Shown here: piece by piece, positions 8,281 through 17,388 of the stretch
Numbering within the stretch: the first letter of the stretch is position 1
How the letters are laid out: each line of letters starts with the position of its first letter
Origin: a virus
Direction: 5' to 3' (one strand)
DNA: 64,000 nucleotides
Virus record (IMG/VR): IMGVR_UViG_3300020057_000029
Location: 1 to 64,000 of that record
Program-made: the position numbers and the translations under genes
Notes under the pieces: model-generated
Told to the model about the DNA's origin: nothing
Database searches by the model: none
The model's input: the letters and a program-made list of their open reading frames with translations, nothing else

Positions 8281-8489
8281 CTTTCTCTACGCTTTATGAT
8301 CTTTGCAGGATATTGTGGGCAATTCACACGGTATTCCTTAAGCCTTGTATTGGCTTCTTGTCTGGATTCTTCCGTCAATTCGTGTTCATAACCTTGCCCA
8401 TAGTCAACATGTAACTCCCATGTATCTATAGTTTTGCGCACGGCCTTTGATGGAAGGTTTACAAAAAAAGGCGTTAGTGGATTATTCAT
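8268..8489 (-). CDS. Hypothetical phage protein
   Basis: YGxGxE...EYRxNxP pattern; stop codon lies in the last repeat copy. Confidence 0.7.
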   Translation of the reverse strand: MNNPLTPFFVNLPSKAVRKTIDTWELHVDYGQGYEHELTEESRQEANTRLKEYRVNCPQYPAKIIKRRERKPV

Positions 8490-8490
8490 A

Positions 8491-8640
8491 TTATTCCTTT
8501 ACCGATAAAAATATCAAATTGCATTCTTTTACTTTTAGGCTCATTGCTGCGCCATGCATTGCATTCCGCATAGTACTGCCTTTAACGCTTATGGTTCGTG
8601 AGTCTAAGTTATTGCCAAAAACGAAAACTAAAAGCTTCAT
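8491..8640 (-). CDS. Small hypothetical protein (49 aa, MKLLVFVFGNNL...)
   Basis: ATG after GAGGT SD directly downstream of promoter copy 7; below the ORF-track cutoff. Confidence 0.7.
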   Translation of the reverse strand: MKLLVFVFGNNLDSRTISVKGSTMRNAMHGAAMSLKVKECNLIFLSVKE

Positions 8641-8776
8641 AGTTACCTCTTAACTATACAATGCATTGACAATGCCAAACATAACTACGTGATAACATTA
8701 AGGCACCGAAAAACGATAGTGTAGAACTTTTAGACAGTACCTGATATCATTGAATAATTCAGCAGACACCTATACA
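8638..8776 (-). promoter_or_regulatory. sigma54-type promoter repeat copy 7
   Basis: Box 8678-8662; UAS-like 8720-8736. Confidence 0.8.
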
Positions 8777-8850
8777 GTACAAGACACCTATACAGTAGAC
8801 ACTACAAGGCACAAGGCACCTATACAGTAGACACCTAGTCACCTAGTCAC
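8761..8850. repeat. Tandemly amplified GACACCTATACAGTA-like sites
   Basis: About 5-6 degenerate copies of the distal motif of the promoter repeat. Confidence 0.75.
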
Positions 8851-9209
8851 ATATATAGGATGAAAGCCCACAAGGTATCATAGAGGAGACTGTCAATAGT
8901 TTGGTCAAGGTAACTATGCGGTATGTATAGCAAATAGCCTACGACAATGCAAGGTGTCTAATGTTTAGTGTAAATGCCTCAGTGAGGAGATAGGTGTATC
9001 CTGACAGCTACACCTGTTATATCTCTGACATGTATCTGTGCAACTATGCGAAATATTGAGGGAAAACGTGTTTCCCGTGATTGGTGTATATAGTTTGGTC
9101 AACCCCTGAGGTATATGCTCAGACACAAACCAAAATTTCCTGATAATTTTTGTCAAAAAGACCTCTAAAATTTTTTTAAAATTTTTCCAGAAAAGTGCTA
9201 CAATATCAA

Positions 9210-9560
9210 TATGAAGACCTGTGCGCGATGTAAGGAACATAAAGACCCATCTCTTTAAGCCCAACATGAAGCTTAAATGTGGCCTGTCATCGTGGTGCAA
9301 GACCTATAGCTCCTAAGCCACCGCAAGTGTTTAACCCAGAGCGGGGTGTAAGAAATGCGGGCTCACAAAGCCAGCGAAGGCCTTTAAACCCAATCTTAAG
9401 CTCAGGTCTGGATTGAGCTCCTGGTGTACGGAGTGTCGAAATGGGTATGGAAAGGTTAGATATGTTCCAAAGACGCGCCTACGAAAAGAAAGGCCTGTAA
9501 CTATAAAAACCTCAGACCTAGGTGGAAAAAAGACAACATGGCGAAGGGATCTAATGTAAT
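9210..9560 (+). pseudogene. Frameshifted tandem CxxC...CxxC zinc-finger gene (N-terminal type of HNH/EndoVII-like nucleases)
   Basis: MKTCARCKEHKD../FKPNMKLKCGLSSWCK and CKKCGLTKPAKAFKPNLKLRSGLSSWCTEC are separated by frameshift/stops; extended -10 TGCTACAAT upstream. Confidence 0.6.
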
Positions 9561-9909
9561 GCAAGCCTATAAGAAACGCGCAAAAGGCGGTTGGAATCAG
9601 GGCAAGGCCTGTAAGGGTGACTCTGAAGAACGTATGTATTCCAAAGCTGAGATCAAACAACAGCTTGCTGAAGCAGAAGAGACTTACCTAGATAAGCACA
9701 AGGGCAAGCGTAAGCCCAACATGAAGGCTCGTCTCGAATATCGCGTGAAATGGTACGAAGAGATCCTCGAAGAGTACAGCGGCCAAAAATCCGTAATGGG
9801 CAACTGGATGGGCAACTGGATGCGCGATGGCTTGGAAAAAGCACAAAAGAAATTGGCCGAGCTTATTGAAAAAGAATCCACCCTAGGTAAATTCGAGAAA
9901 TTCAAATGA
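9538..9909 (+). CDS. Hypothetical basic protein
   Basis: ORF, coupled to the next gene. Confidence 0.7.
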   Translation: MAKGSNVMQAYKKRAKGGWNQGKACKGDSEERMYSKAEIKQQLAEAEETYLDKHKGKRKPNMKARLEYRVKWYEEILEEYSGQKSVMGNWMGNWMRDGLEKAQKKLAELIEKESTLGKFEKFK

Positions 9910-10319
9910 CAATGAAGGATGCTCAAGCTCTATTATTCTCTATGGACACAAACACTCTGGAAAGAATGAGGCCAGCAGGTGTTACGTTAGAAGATGTTAT
10001 TAAAATGGCTATAAGCGGTCTAACCGCCAATGAATTAGCCGACCTTGGCAATGTATATGGTCTAAAGCGTCAGTGGTATATGTATGGTGGTGAATCTGAC
10101 ACCGAGTTCGGTAAACGAATGGGCGATTATATTTTGTCTCAAGTTCCTTTTCAGATCCTTTCTAGCGGTGACTCTGTGATAGCAAATTACGGAGATGGTC
10201 CTATTGTTGAAAAAGAGATCAAAGTTCCCTGTTGGAGTCATAAGTGGAAACATTACGAAGGAATCATGGATTCCTTTGATTTCTGTGAAGTGTGCGATGA
10301 AAAGAGGCGTAAATGGTAA
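9906..10319 (+). CDS. Hypothetical protein with C-terminal CxxHxW...CxxC zinc motif
   Basis: ATGA overlap. Confidence 0.7.
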   Translation: MTMKDAQALLFSMDTNTLERMRPAGVTLEDVIKMAISGLTANELADLGNVYGLKRQWYMYGGESDTEFGKRMGDYILSQVPFQILSSGDSVIANYGDGPIVEKEIKVPCWSHKWKHYEGIMDSFDFCEVCDEKRRKW

Positions 10320-10573
10320 AGAAACCAAAGGCTTGAGCCGATAATTCACAAAGAATACAAGACCTTAACAATTCGTTTTACCTTCAGTACACGCGAAGGC
10401 CAGCTCGCGCTGGCTTTGCGCACTAATCTATAAGATATAGGGATGTCTAAGAACTTAAGAGACAGGTTGGTAATTTCGCTAACAGACAGGGCAGCCGCCA
10501 ATGAGCTATCCCAGCTACTTGGTCAAGGTGTTATGACTGAGCTTGAGATTATAGCTCTTACCGCCAATCTCTT

Positions 10574-10599
10574 AAAACCCACCATTGAGTGGGTTTTTT
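10574..10599 (+). terminator. Intrinsic terminator
   Basis: AAAACCCAC-N6-GTGGGTTTTTT. Confidence 0.65.
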
Positions 10600-10604
10600 A
10601 TTGC

Positions 10605-10633
10605 TTGACTAAAGGGGGTAACACTGCTATTCT
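10605..10633 (+). promoter_or_regulatory. sigma70-type promoter
   Basis: TTGACT-17-TATTCT with TG extension. Confidence 0.6.
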
Positions 10634-10683
10634 ATATTTAACAATGGTTAATTTTACCAAAACATATATGAAGGAAAATAAAG

Positions 10684-10899
10684 ATGAAAACCTGTAATTT
10701 AACAGACGCTGATTTGAAGATTGACGGCAAGAGCACTAGAGATAGGCTTAATAGATTGGAAGCCAGTAATTTAACAGACGCTGATTTGAAGATTGACGGC
10801 AAGAGCACTAGAGATAGGCTTAATAGATTGGAAGTCAGTGTAATTGTTCTCAACGTTGCGTCGATTTTTATCTTGTTAGTCATAATGTTTGGAAAATAA
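10684..10899 (+). CDS. Small membrane protein with 72-bp tandem duplication
   Basis: NLTDADLKIDGKSTRDRLNRLE x2 then a hydrophobic tail. Confidence 0.65.
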   Translation: MKTCNLTDADLKIDGKSTRDRLNRLEASNLTDADLKIDGKSTRDRLNRLEVSVIVLNVASIFILLVIMFGK

Positions 10900-11211
10900 T
10901 GAAAAGACTAAAGCGTGTAAAAATATCCCGTAGGTTTCTCAGTTTTATGACCTTTCTTGGCTTTTTATTCTTGCTAAAAGACGCAACAACCAATGTTGCT
11001 ATTGGTCTTAGCTTGTTCTATTTTAGCGGCGTGTTAAAGGAATGTCTATGACCGATCCCTGGAAACGCGCTGGTTTTTATTATGAAACAACCCTTGCATA
11101 TGCAAATGGTAGGGGTACACTTACTGTTTCTCTCGATTTTGTAACCTATCATTTTGTCAAATGGTATTACGGCGAATCAGAGCTCATTAAAATTGCCACG
11201 AGGCATGGGTA

Positions 11212-11574
11212 ATGTGGCCAAAACCAAGTCGTAAGGCTATCCCAAAAAAGCTCCGCGAGCAAGTGAAGGCTAAATATGACCATCACTGCGGATATTGTGG
11301 TGAGAAACCCGAAAAGCTCCAGATTGACCATATTAGAGCAATTGAGTATGGTGGAACAGACGATATCGAGAATTTGATGCCCTCTTGCTTCGCTTGCAAT
11401 AACTACAAGAACGTACTGTCCTTAGAGACGTTCCGTAAAAACCTTGAAGAACAGGTCACCAGAGCACGAAAAACAAGCGTAAACTTTCGTTTGGCTGAGA
11501 AATACGGTCAGATTACCGTAAAAGAATTTCCTATAATGTTTCATTTTGAAAAGGCGCGATATGAAGAAACGTAA
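11212..11574 (+). CDS. HNH endonuclease
   Basis: CGYCG...IDHI...GG.D..NL.PSC..CN..K. Confidence 0.9.
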   Translation: MWPKPSRKAIPKKLREQVKAKYDHHCGYCGEKPEKLQIDHIRAIEYGGTDDIENLMPSCFACNNYKNVLSLETFRKNLEEQVTRARKTSVNFRLAEKYGQITVKEFPIMFHFEKARYEET

Positions 11575-11899
11575 GCTGATTAGAACATTTTCGATACCAT
11601 CAGTGGCCAACGGTGGCCCCGTAGACGAGGTAATTGCTGATCTGAGCAATTCCTTGTTAGAGCTAATTCGCGAAATCAAACAGGCAGAGCAAGTTGCCAT
11701 GACCAAGGGATATGTTAGTATCGAAATCACTGAAGCTGGCGAACACAGCGGAGAAACATGGCTTGAGTTACGTGGGCATAGGTTTTCCCAAAAAAAGACA
11801 AAACAGGAAGAGCCAAAACAACAGCTAACACAGTCGGCCATAACTGGCTTCAAAACGGGCGCTACCCTGGTAAAGGGTCGTTTGATTTACAATAAATAG
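11561..11899 (+). CDS. Hypothetical protein
   Basis: ORF in operon; start uncertain. Confidence 0.6.
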   Translation: MKKRKLIRTFSIPSVANGGPVDEVIADLSNSLLELIREIKQAEQVAMTKGYVSIEITEAGEHSGETWLELRGHRFSQKKTKQEEPKQQLTQSAITGFKTGATLVKGRLIYNK

Positions 11900-12130
11900 G
11901 TGTTTATGATTTCCGACAGGATTTTGACAAGGATAAACAAGCGCACAATAAAAATTCCATATCAAGGAAATACTGAATACAGCGTGATATTAGCAGCTAT
12001 CCCAGTTGATATCCGCGTTCAAAAGATCTTTTCTGCCGTAGTAAGAGAAAAGGCTTTAAGTTATTTAAAAATCGAGATAATTGGAAAAATTCCCAAACGC
12101 GGTCTTTGGATATACATGGTGGTTATTTAA
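11900..12130 (+). CDS. Hypothetical protein
   Basis: ORF in operon. Confidence 0.55.
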   Translation: MFMISDRILTRINKRTIKIPYQGNTEYSVILAAIPVDIRVQKIFSAVVREKALSYLKIEIIGKIPKRGLWIYMVVI

Positions 12131-12720
12131 TGAGTATCAAAAAATTGTATTTAATAAGACACGGTAAAAGCGAAGCTAACGAGAATTACGATATCTTGTT
12201 TACGAAGGATGACAAAGACATTCAGCTTGCAGAGCAGGGGTATCACGATGCTGTTCAGGTTGGTAAAACTCTTAAGGAAATGTTAACCCCAGGAGCATCC
12301 ACGATCTTTGTGGTTTCTCCTTGGACCAGAGCTTTTCAGACCTACAGGATCGCTTCAACCGTGCTGAAAGATTTTTCTGAACCGTGCATCCACGAGGGTA
12401 TTGTTGAGCACGACATGAATCTTAAAGACCATCCTGTTAACTGGGAAAAATTTCTCAAGTACAAACATAGCAAATGGTCTGTGGAGCAACATCTTCATGT
12501 AAGATTCGATGGTGGCGAAAGTTTAGCCGATGTTAGGGAGCGGGCCAAGACCTTCCTGGGATTCGTAGAAGAGCTCGCCCACGCGCTGGGCCATGACAAT
12601 ATCGTGGTTGTATCGCACGGACAATTTATCAAAATGGTCTTGGCCGAAATGGACGGAACGGACCCACAAACAATGACTCATCCTAAGAATGGTGAAATAA
12701 TTGTAAGGGAAGTCAAATGA
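12130..12720 (+). CDS. Histidine phosphatase (phosphoglycerate mutase family)
   Basis: LIRHG, SPW.RA.QT, GES, VSHG motifs. Confidence 0.9.
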   Translation: MSIKKLYLIRHGKSEANENYDILFTKDDKDIQLAEQGYHDAVQVGKTLKEMLTPGASTIFVVSPWTRAFQTYRIASTVLKDFSEPCIHEGIVEHDMNLKDHPVNWEKFLKYKHSKWSVEQHLHVRFDGGESLADVRERAKTFLGFVEELAHALGHDNIVVVSHGQFIKMVLAEMDGTDPQTMTHPKNGEIIVREVK

Positions 12721-12836
12721 AAAAGGAAACGCAGTAAAATCAGGCGCTTAGACGTGTTCATTGTTAGCGAACAAAGATCTGTTAGTGAACAAAGATTTTT
12801 ATTGAATACCTTCTCTAGATTTGGTAGGATTAAAAG

Positions 12837-13124
12837 ATGGAAAACGTTATTAGTTTGAAGAAGGCTCGCATTGAAAAAGACTGCGTCACGTTGTTTGCTG
12901 GGTATAAAGCAAGGATTGTTCTTATGGACAAAGAGGAAATTGCTGTAGAAATTTCTCGCTTCCAAAAAGAGATGCACAATTATCCAAACCATCTTTTGAC
13001 CCTGGTTAAAGGAAGAATCCTTCTAAATGCCCTTATCGCCCGTGGCAATGTGAATCCGGCAATTCCCAAATTGCTTCAAACTATTCGCGACAGATTTCAA
13101 GAGCGCATGAGAGATCTGCGATGA
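12837..13124 (+). CDS. Hypothetical protein
   Basis: ORF. Confidence 0.65.
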   Translation: MENVISLKKARIEKDCVTLFAGYKARIVLMDKEEIAVEISRFQKEMHNYPNHLLTLVKGRILLNALIARGNVNPAIPKLLQTIRDRFQERMRDLR

Positions 13125-13197
13125 CTACGCGACAAAAGCTAAAGACTAAAACCAATATAGAAGCAATTGCAGACAAAATTATCAAAAGGAGCTCCAA

Positions 13198-13386
13198 ATG
13201 AAACCATCTGAAAAACTTCAAAGCCTGTTAAAATATCGTGCTGACCACGAGACACGTTTGATCAGTCCCGTTCCAGAAAAACATAAGAATCACCCTGAAG
13301 CCCACAAAGACTATCTCCGGCTGGAGATCAAAAAAACAACCGCAAAAATCGACAAACTTAAAATGTCAGTGTCCGAAGGAAAATAA
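13198..13386 (+). CDS. Hypothetical protein
   Basis: AGGAG SD. Confidence 0.65.
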   Translation: MKPSEKLQSLLKYRADHETRLISPVPEKHKNHPEAHKDYLRLEIKKTTAKIDKLKMSVSEGK

Positions 13387-13596
13387 GTGTCAAAAGATAG
13401 TCCTGTACCCGTTGTCCCCAAAAACACCAAAACTTTGAAACATGACACTGAAATTACATTGCCCGATGGTGTACATCTGAAGATAGACTGGAATAATTCC
13501 GCTCTTACTATTAAGCTGAATGGTCGTGTAATTGATGTTTCATCCAAATCCACCCGCGTTGTTGTTGGTCGAAATCCAGAAGCTACAGATTCGTAG
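13387..13596 (+). CDS. Hypothetical protein
   Basis: GTG start adjacent to the upstream stop. Confidence 0.55.
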   Translation: MSKDSPVPVVPKNTKTLKHDTEITLPDGVHLKIDWNNSALTIKLNGRVIDVSSKSTRVVVGRNPEATDS

Positions 13597-13651
13597 CCCT
13601 CTTTTCGTCAAAAATACTATAGATTTATCCTAATTCTTCTTTGGAGCCCAA

Positions 13652-15277
13652 ATGAAAAGCGCTTACGATGTTTTCACAAACAAATATTCTTATGACACCT
13701 TCCTTCAAAAATATTCTAAGGATGGAGTAGAAACCTGGGCCGATACGGCCAAAAGAGTTGTAGAATCGGTATGTGCCCAACTCGTAGACAACAAGACTAG
13801 AGAGAAAATCTATCAGCTTATTCTAGAGCGCAAATTCATTCCAGGCGGTCGTTATTTATATGCTGCTGGTCGAGAATTTCACCAAGTAAACAATTGTTTT
13901 CTCTTCCGCCCAGAGGACAGTCGCGAGTCATGGGCCGAACTCCAGTCAAAAGGCTGTACATCCCTGATGACAGGCGGTGGCATTGGCGCTGAGTATTCTA
14001 AAATCCGTGAAGAAGGTGCTATCATTCGTCGCACTGGCGGAAGATCAACTGGTCCAATAGCTCTAATGAATATGGTAAACGAGTCTGGACGATATATCAT
14101 GCAGGGTGGCCAGCGCAGATCGGCTATTTGGGCAGGCTTGAATTGGTCACATCCAGATATTTTAAAGTTTATGGTCATGAAAAACTACTCACCAGCATTA
14201 AAAGCCGCCAAAAAAGCCGATTTAACCTTTCCCTTGCCAATGGAGCTCACCAACATTTCTGTGGTTTATGACACAGAATTTTTTATTGCAATTGAGAATG
14301 TAGATCATCCAAAACATCAATTGGCTTTAAAAGTGTATCTGCAGAACTGTTTTCAGGCCTTTTCGACTGCAGAGCCAGGTATGAGTTTTAATTTCCGTAA
14401 GGACAATGAGAACCTTCGTAATGCCTGCACTGAAGTCGTAAGTGAAGATGACTCTGACAAATGCAATCTTGGGACAGTATGGATGAATCGCTGTAAAACC
14501 AAAGTGGAATTTGCTGAAGCATGTAAATATGGGACAATTTTCTTGCTTTGTGGCGGAATTTACAGCCATGTACCTACTGAAAAAATTCGTGAAGTCGGCC
14601 TTAGAAACAACCGCATTGGTTTGGGCCTTGGCGGTATTCATGAATGGCTCATGATTCGTGGATCTGAATATGAAGCCACTCCAGAGCTACACAAATGGCT
14701 CTCGATTTACGAACAAGAAAGCGATTCAGCCGCATTTGTTGGCGCAAAGCAGCTAGGAGTATCAGTTCCTAAAGGCGTCCGTGCCATTGCCCCCACAGGC
14801 ACTATTGGCATTATTGCAGAAACCACTACCGGCATAGAGCCTTTGTTCTGTAAGGCCTACAAGCGCAGGTATTTCAAAGATGGTAGGTGGCTACACCAGT
14901 TCGTAGTAGATGGATCAGTTAAACGCCTAATGGACATGGGTGTTAAATTAGAAAACATTAAAGATTCTTATGATTTGACGTTCAAGCAAAGAGTGAAATT
15001 CCAAGCAGATGTTCAGAATCATGTAGATATGCCTATCTCTTCGACATGTAACATGCCACCGTGGGGTTCTGAATCAAATAATGAAAGTAATTATGAGAAG
15101 AATGCTAACATGCTTCTTAAATATGCTAAACGATTGCGTGGATTTACAGTGTATCCAGACGGATGCAGAGATGGTCAACCTCTGACCAGGGTTGATCTAA
15201 AAGAAGCCCTAGAGTCCGAAGGCAAGGTGTTTGAAGAAAACGAAAACAACTGTGTTAACGGAGTTTGTGGATTATAG
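13652..15277 (+). CDS. nrdJ: Ribonucleotide reductase, probably class II (B12-dependent)
   Basis: PGGR..., NNC, GGGIG, NACTE, CNLG, APTGT, TTGIEP, C-terminal CVNGVC; no beta-subunit gene in the window. Confidence 0.85.
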   Translation: MKSAYDVFTNKYSYDTFLQKYSKDGVETWADTAKRVVESVCAQLVDNKTREKIYQLILERKFIPGGRYLYAAGREFHQVNNCFLFRPEDSRESWAELQSKGCTSLMTGGGIGAEYSKIREEGAIIRRTGGRSTGPIALMNMVNESGRYIMQGGQRRSAIWAGLNWSHPDILKFMVMKNYSPALKAAKKADLTFPLPMELTNISVVYDTEFFIAIENVDHPKHQLALKVYLQNCFQAFSTAEPGMSFNFRKDNENLRNACTEVVSEDDSDKCNLGTVWMNRCKTKVEFAEACKYGTIFLLCGGIYSHVPTEKIREVGLRNNRIGLGLGGIHEWLMIRGSEYEATPELHKWLSIYEQESDSAAFVGAKQLGVSVPKGVRAIAPTGTIGIIAETTTGIEPLFCKAYKRRYFKDGRWLHQFVVDGSVKRLMDMGVKLENIKDSYDLTFKQRVKFQADVQNHVDMPISSTCNMPPWGSESNNESNYEKNANMLLKYAKRLRGFTVYPDGCRDGQPLTRVDLKEALESEGKVFEENENNCVNGVCGL

Positions 15278-15280
15278 TGG

Positions 15281-15309
15281 TTGACTAAAGAAGAGTGATT
15301 TGATATGAT
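15281..15309 (+). promoter_or_regulatory. sigma70-type promoter, likely giving a leaderless mRNA (ATG 15317)
   Basis: TTGACT-17-TATGAT. Confidence 0.6.
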
Positions 15310-15316
15310 TGAATTC

Positions 15317-15664
15317 ATGTTCTACCAATTATTTATAATATCTCTATGTTCAGGAACCTCAGGCAATTATAATCAAGCCTGTAACAAAACTGTTGAAGCC
15401 ACCTCTATCACTGTGGGCGTAAACCAATTTGAGAATCAGATTACTCAATATGGAAATGAAAAAGGCCAACGCATTTTTGGCAAAGAAGCCTGGAACACAA
15501 CTGGATTTATTGGCGGTATAACCTATCAGAGTGTGGTTAAGAAAAGTGTGGCCTATAAGATTAAGACTAAAAAAGAGTTTATCGGTGCTGATTTTGTCAA
15601 GCCCCAACTTGACTATAAAGATGGTCAACGCGGTGCTTCCATGTCTTTAGGATGGTCCTGGTGA
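15317..15664 (+). CDS. Putative exported/outer-membrane protein
   Basis: Hydrophobic N-terminus; C-terminal alternating strand ending in W. Confidence 0.6.
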   Translation: MFYQLFIISLCSGTSGNYNQACNKTVEATSITVGVNQFENQITQYGNEKGQRIFGKEAWNTTGFIGGITYQSVVKKSVAYKIKTKKEFIGADFVKPQLDYKDGQRGASMSLGWSW

Positions 15665-15909
15665 GGCTTCCAGAATATTCTCTCAAAAAAGGCATCCAGG
15701 TAAAAGATCCGTCTACCCCTCACGGTGATCCTGTGGAATTCCCTTCTGGCACTCTAGTATTTCCATTTTGGAACGAAACCTTGCTTCCAGAACATGTTTA
15801 CGAACAGCTCAAAGAGGCAACTCGTTATGGTAAAGAAAAGCTAATTATGTGTTTGATAGGGCGTACTTGGATTCCACTTCCAAAGCAAGTTATCAGGGAT
15901 AACCGATGA
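15661..15909 (+). CDS. Hypothetical protein
   Basis: ORF overlapping its neighbours. Confidence 0.6.
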   Translation: MRLPEYSLKKGIQVKDPSTPHGDPVEFPSGTLVFPFWNETLLPEHVYEQLKEATRYGKEKLIMCLIGRTWIPLPKQVIRDNR

Positions 15910-16661
15910 GTATCAAATATGACATCCAAGAATTTGAAAATCTTGTAAAAGAAGGCTACCTGAGAAGCTCTACTAAAGGGGGTTTGATCCTTTTTGACTA
16001 TACCGACAAAACCGCTTTCGAGCGCAACTGGAGTCAATTTACCAAGATCTCGCGCGGTTTGATTCTAGAAGCTGATACAGGGTTGCTTGTAGCAAAACCA
16101 TTTCCCAAATTTTTCAACCTGGGCGAGACGGAAGAGACATCTATAGATAGGCTTCCTATGCAACAGGGCTACAAATCATTTGAGAAGGTGGATGGCTCTT
16201 TAGGTATCATCTTCAATTATCAAGGCTACTGGAACATATCTACTCGCGATAGCTTCTATTCTGACCAAGCCGGTGTAGCTCAAATCATGCTTAAGCAATA
16301 CAATATGATGTCGATCCCAGACAGCATCACGCTTTTGGTTGAAATTATCTATCCAGAAAACAAGATTGTGGTAGACTGCAGGGGTCAAAAGAAGCTCGTG
16401 TTTCTTGGTGCCTTTGACCGTGAAACGGGTGAAGAGGTTCCTCCAGAGCAAGCTGAAAAGTATGCTAGTTTAATGTTTATGGAGTGCGCTAAAAAATATG
16501 ACCTTACCATTGAGCAGATGATCGTCCTGCAAAAGACCCTTTCTGAGGATGATGAAGGTTTTGTGGTGCGTTTCAACAATGGTTTGCGCGTGAAGATCAA
16601 AGGTGAAGAATATCTCAGAATTGCCAAGATAATTTCTCAAATGTCTCTAGTTTCTTTTTAG
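15906..16661 (+). CDS. T4 Rnl1-like RNA ligase (possibly truncated by TAG)
   Basis: RGLI, KPFPKFFN, EKVDGSL, EII, EGFVV, VKIK motifs. Confidence 0.85.
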   Translation: MSIKYDIQEFENLVKEGYLRSSTKGGLILFDYTDKTAFERNWSQFTKISRGLILEADTGLLVAKPFPKFFNLGETEETSIDRLPMQQGYKSFEKVDGSLGIIFNYQGYWNISTRDSFYSDQAGVAQIMLKQYNMMSIPDSITLLVEIIYPENKIVVDCRGQKKLVFLGAFDRETGEEVPPEQAEKYASLMFMECAKKYDLTIEQMIVLQKTLSEDDEGFVVRFNNGLRVKIKGEEYLRIAKIISQMSLVSF

Positions 16662-16728
16662 GAATCCATGAAAGATAAGACGTTAAAGCTACAAAAACCT
16701 ATTTGTGAAGTGATTATTAGGAGTTACA

Positions 16729-17058
16729 ATGTTGCACGGTGATGTTCCAGAAGGTGACAAGAAGACCGCTGAAGCCTTGAGAAAGATGGAAATTGACATG
16801 GAAGAACAGGCTACCCTTTCTCCACAATATACAGCACAGGCCTTTGTATGTTTAGCTCACGACTGGTACGAAATGGGCTCTGAAGAGGAAGGCCACAGAC
16901 TGCTTAAAAAGGCCGATATCGTCTGTCCAGAATATTTTAGAAAACATATGCAATCTCATACTTTGGAAAATTCAGCATTTGAGCTATTAGTGAACAGACT
17001 GTTCGCAATGTTGGGCTGGCAGTTACTTGACAGTCTTAAGGATAAAAACAATGTGTGA
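16729..17058 (+). CDS. Hypothetical helical protein
   Basis: AGGAG SD. Confidence 0.65.
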   Translation: MLHGDVPEGDKKTAEALRKMEIDMEEQATLSPQYTAQAFVCLAHDWYEMGSEEEGHRLLKKADIVCPEYFRKHMQSHTLENSAFELLVNRLFAMLGWQLLDSLKDKNNV

Positions 17059-17275
17059 TATTTGCACTAGATGGAAGAAACGCGAAATTAATGGTAAAGA
17101 AGCTATGGTTTTGATCGGAACCGCTTTAAAAACTGCCGAAAAAGTCAGCAAGGAACACTTGACAAAGCTGGCCTCTAAAATACTAGACGATGAAGTTCCT
17201 TTTAGTCACACTGATCCACAAGCAGAACGAGCCTTCTGGCACAGGACTCATAGGAGAGAAAATGAAGAAAGCTAG
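17051..17275 (+). CDS. Hypothetical protein (MCDIC start)
   Basis: ORF. Confidence 0.6.
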   Translation: MCDICTRWKKREINGKEAMVLIGTALKTAEKVSKEHLTKLASKILDDEVPFSHTDPQAERAFWHRTHRRENEES

Positions 17276-17388
17276 CCCTAAGACCGTGATTTGCTTGACG
17301 GTAATCTATGTTGGATTTGCGCTCGTCACAGGTTACAATATTTATGAGGGGTGTGAAAAACCTTACTATGAAATGAGCAAAATATCTT

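Noticed and set aside
566-8776. Repeats as integron attC sites (TAAC at one edge, GTTA near the other)
   Set aside because: No overall palindrome or L/R box pairing and no integrase; the promoter architecture explains the conservation better
566-8776. TTGACA/TTGACG in the repeats as plus-strand sigma70 -35 boxes
   Set aside because: They face away from the genes, have no consistent -10 at 17 bp, and are part of the minus-strand sigma54 box
10392-10420. GC hairpin as tRNA or ncRNA
   Set aside because: A single stem-loop with no cloverleaf or T-loop; no tRNA was found anywhere in the window by eye
10443-10697. 84-aa ORF at full length
   Set aside because: Its 3' half reads through a terminator and a sigma70 promoter; only the first ~43 codons look credible
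16659-16661. Genome-wide TAG recoding
   Set aside because: Conserved genes such as the RNR end naturally at TAG, and long genes are intact in the standard code
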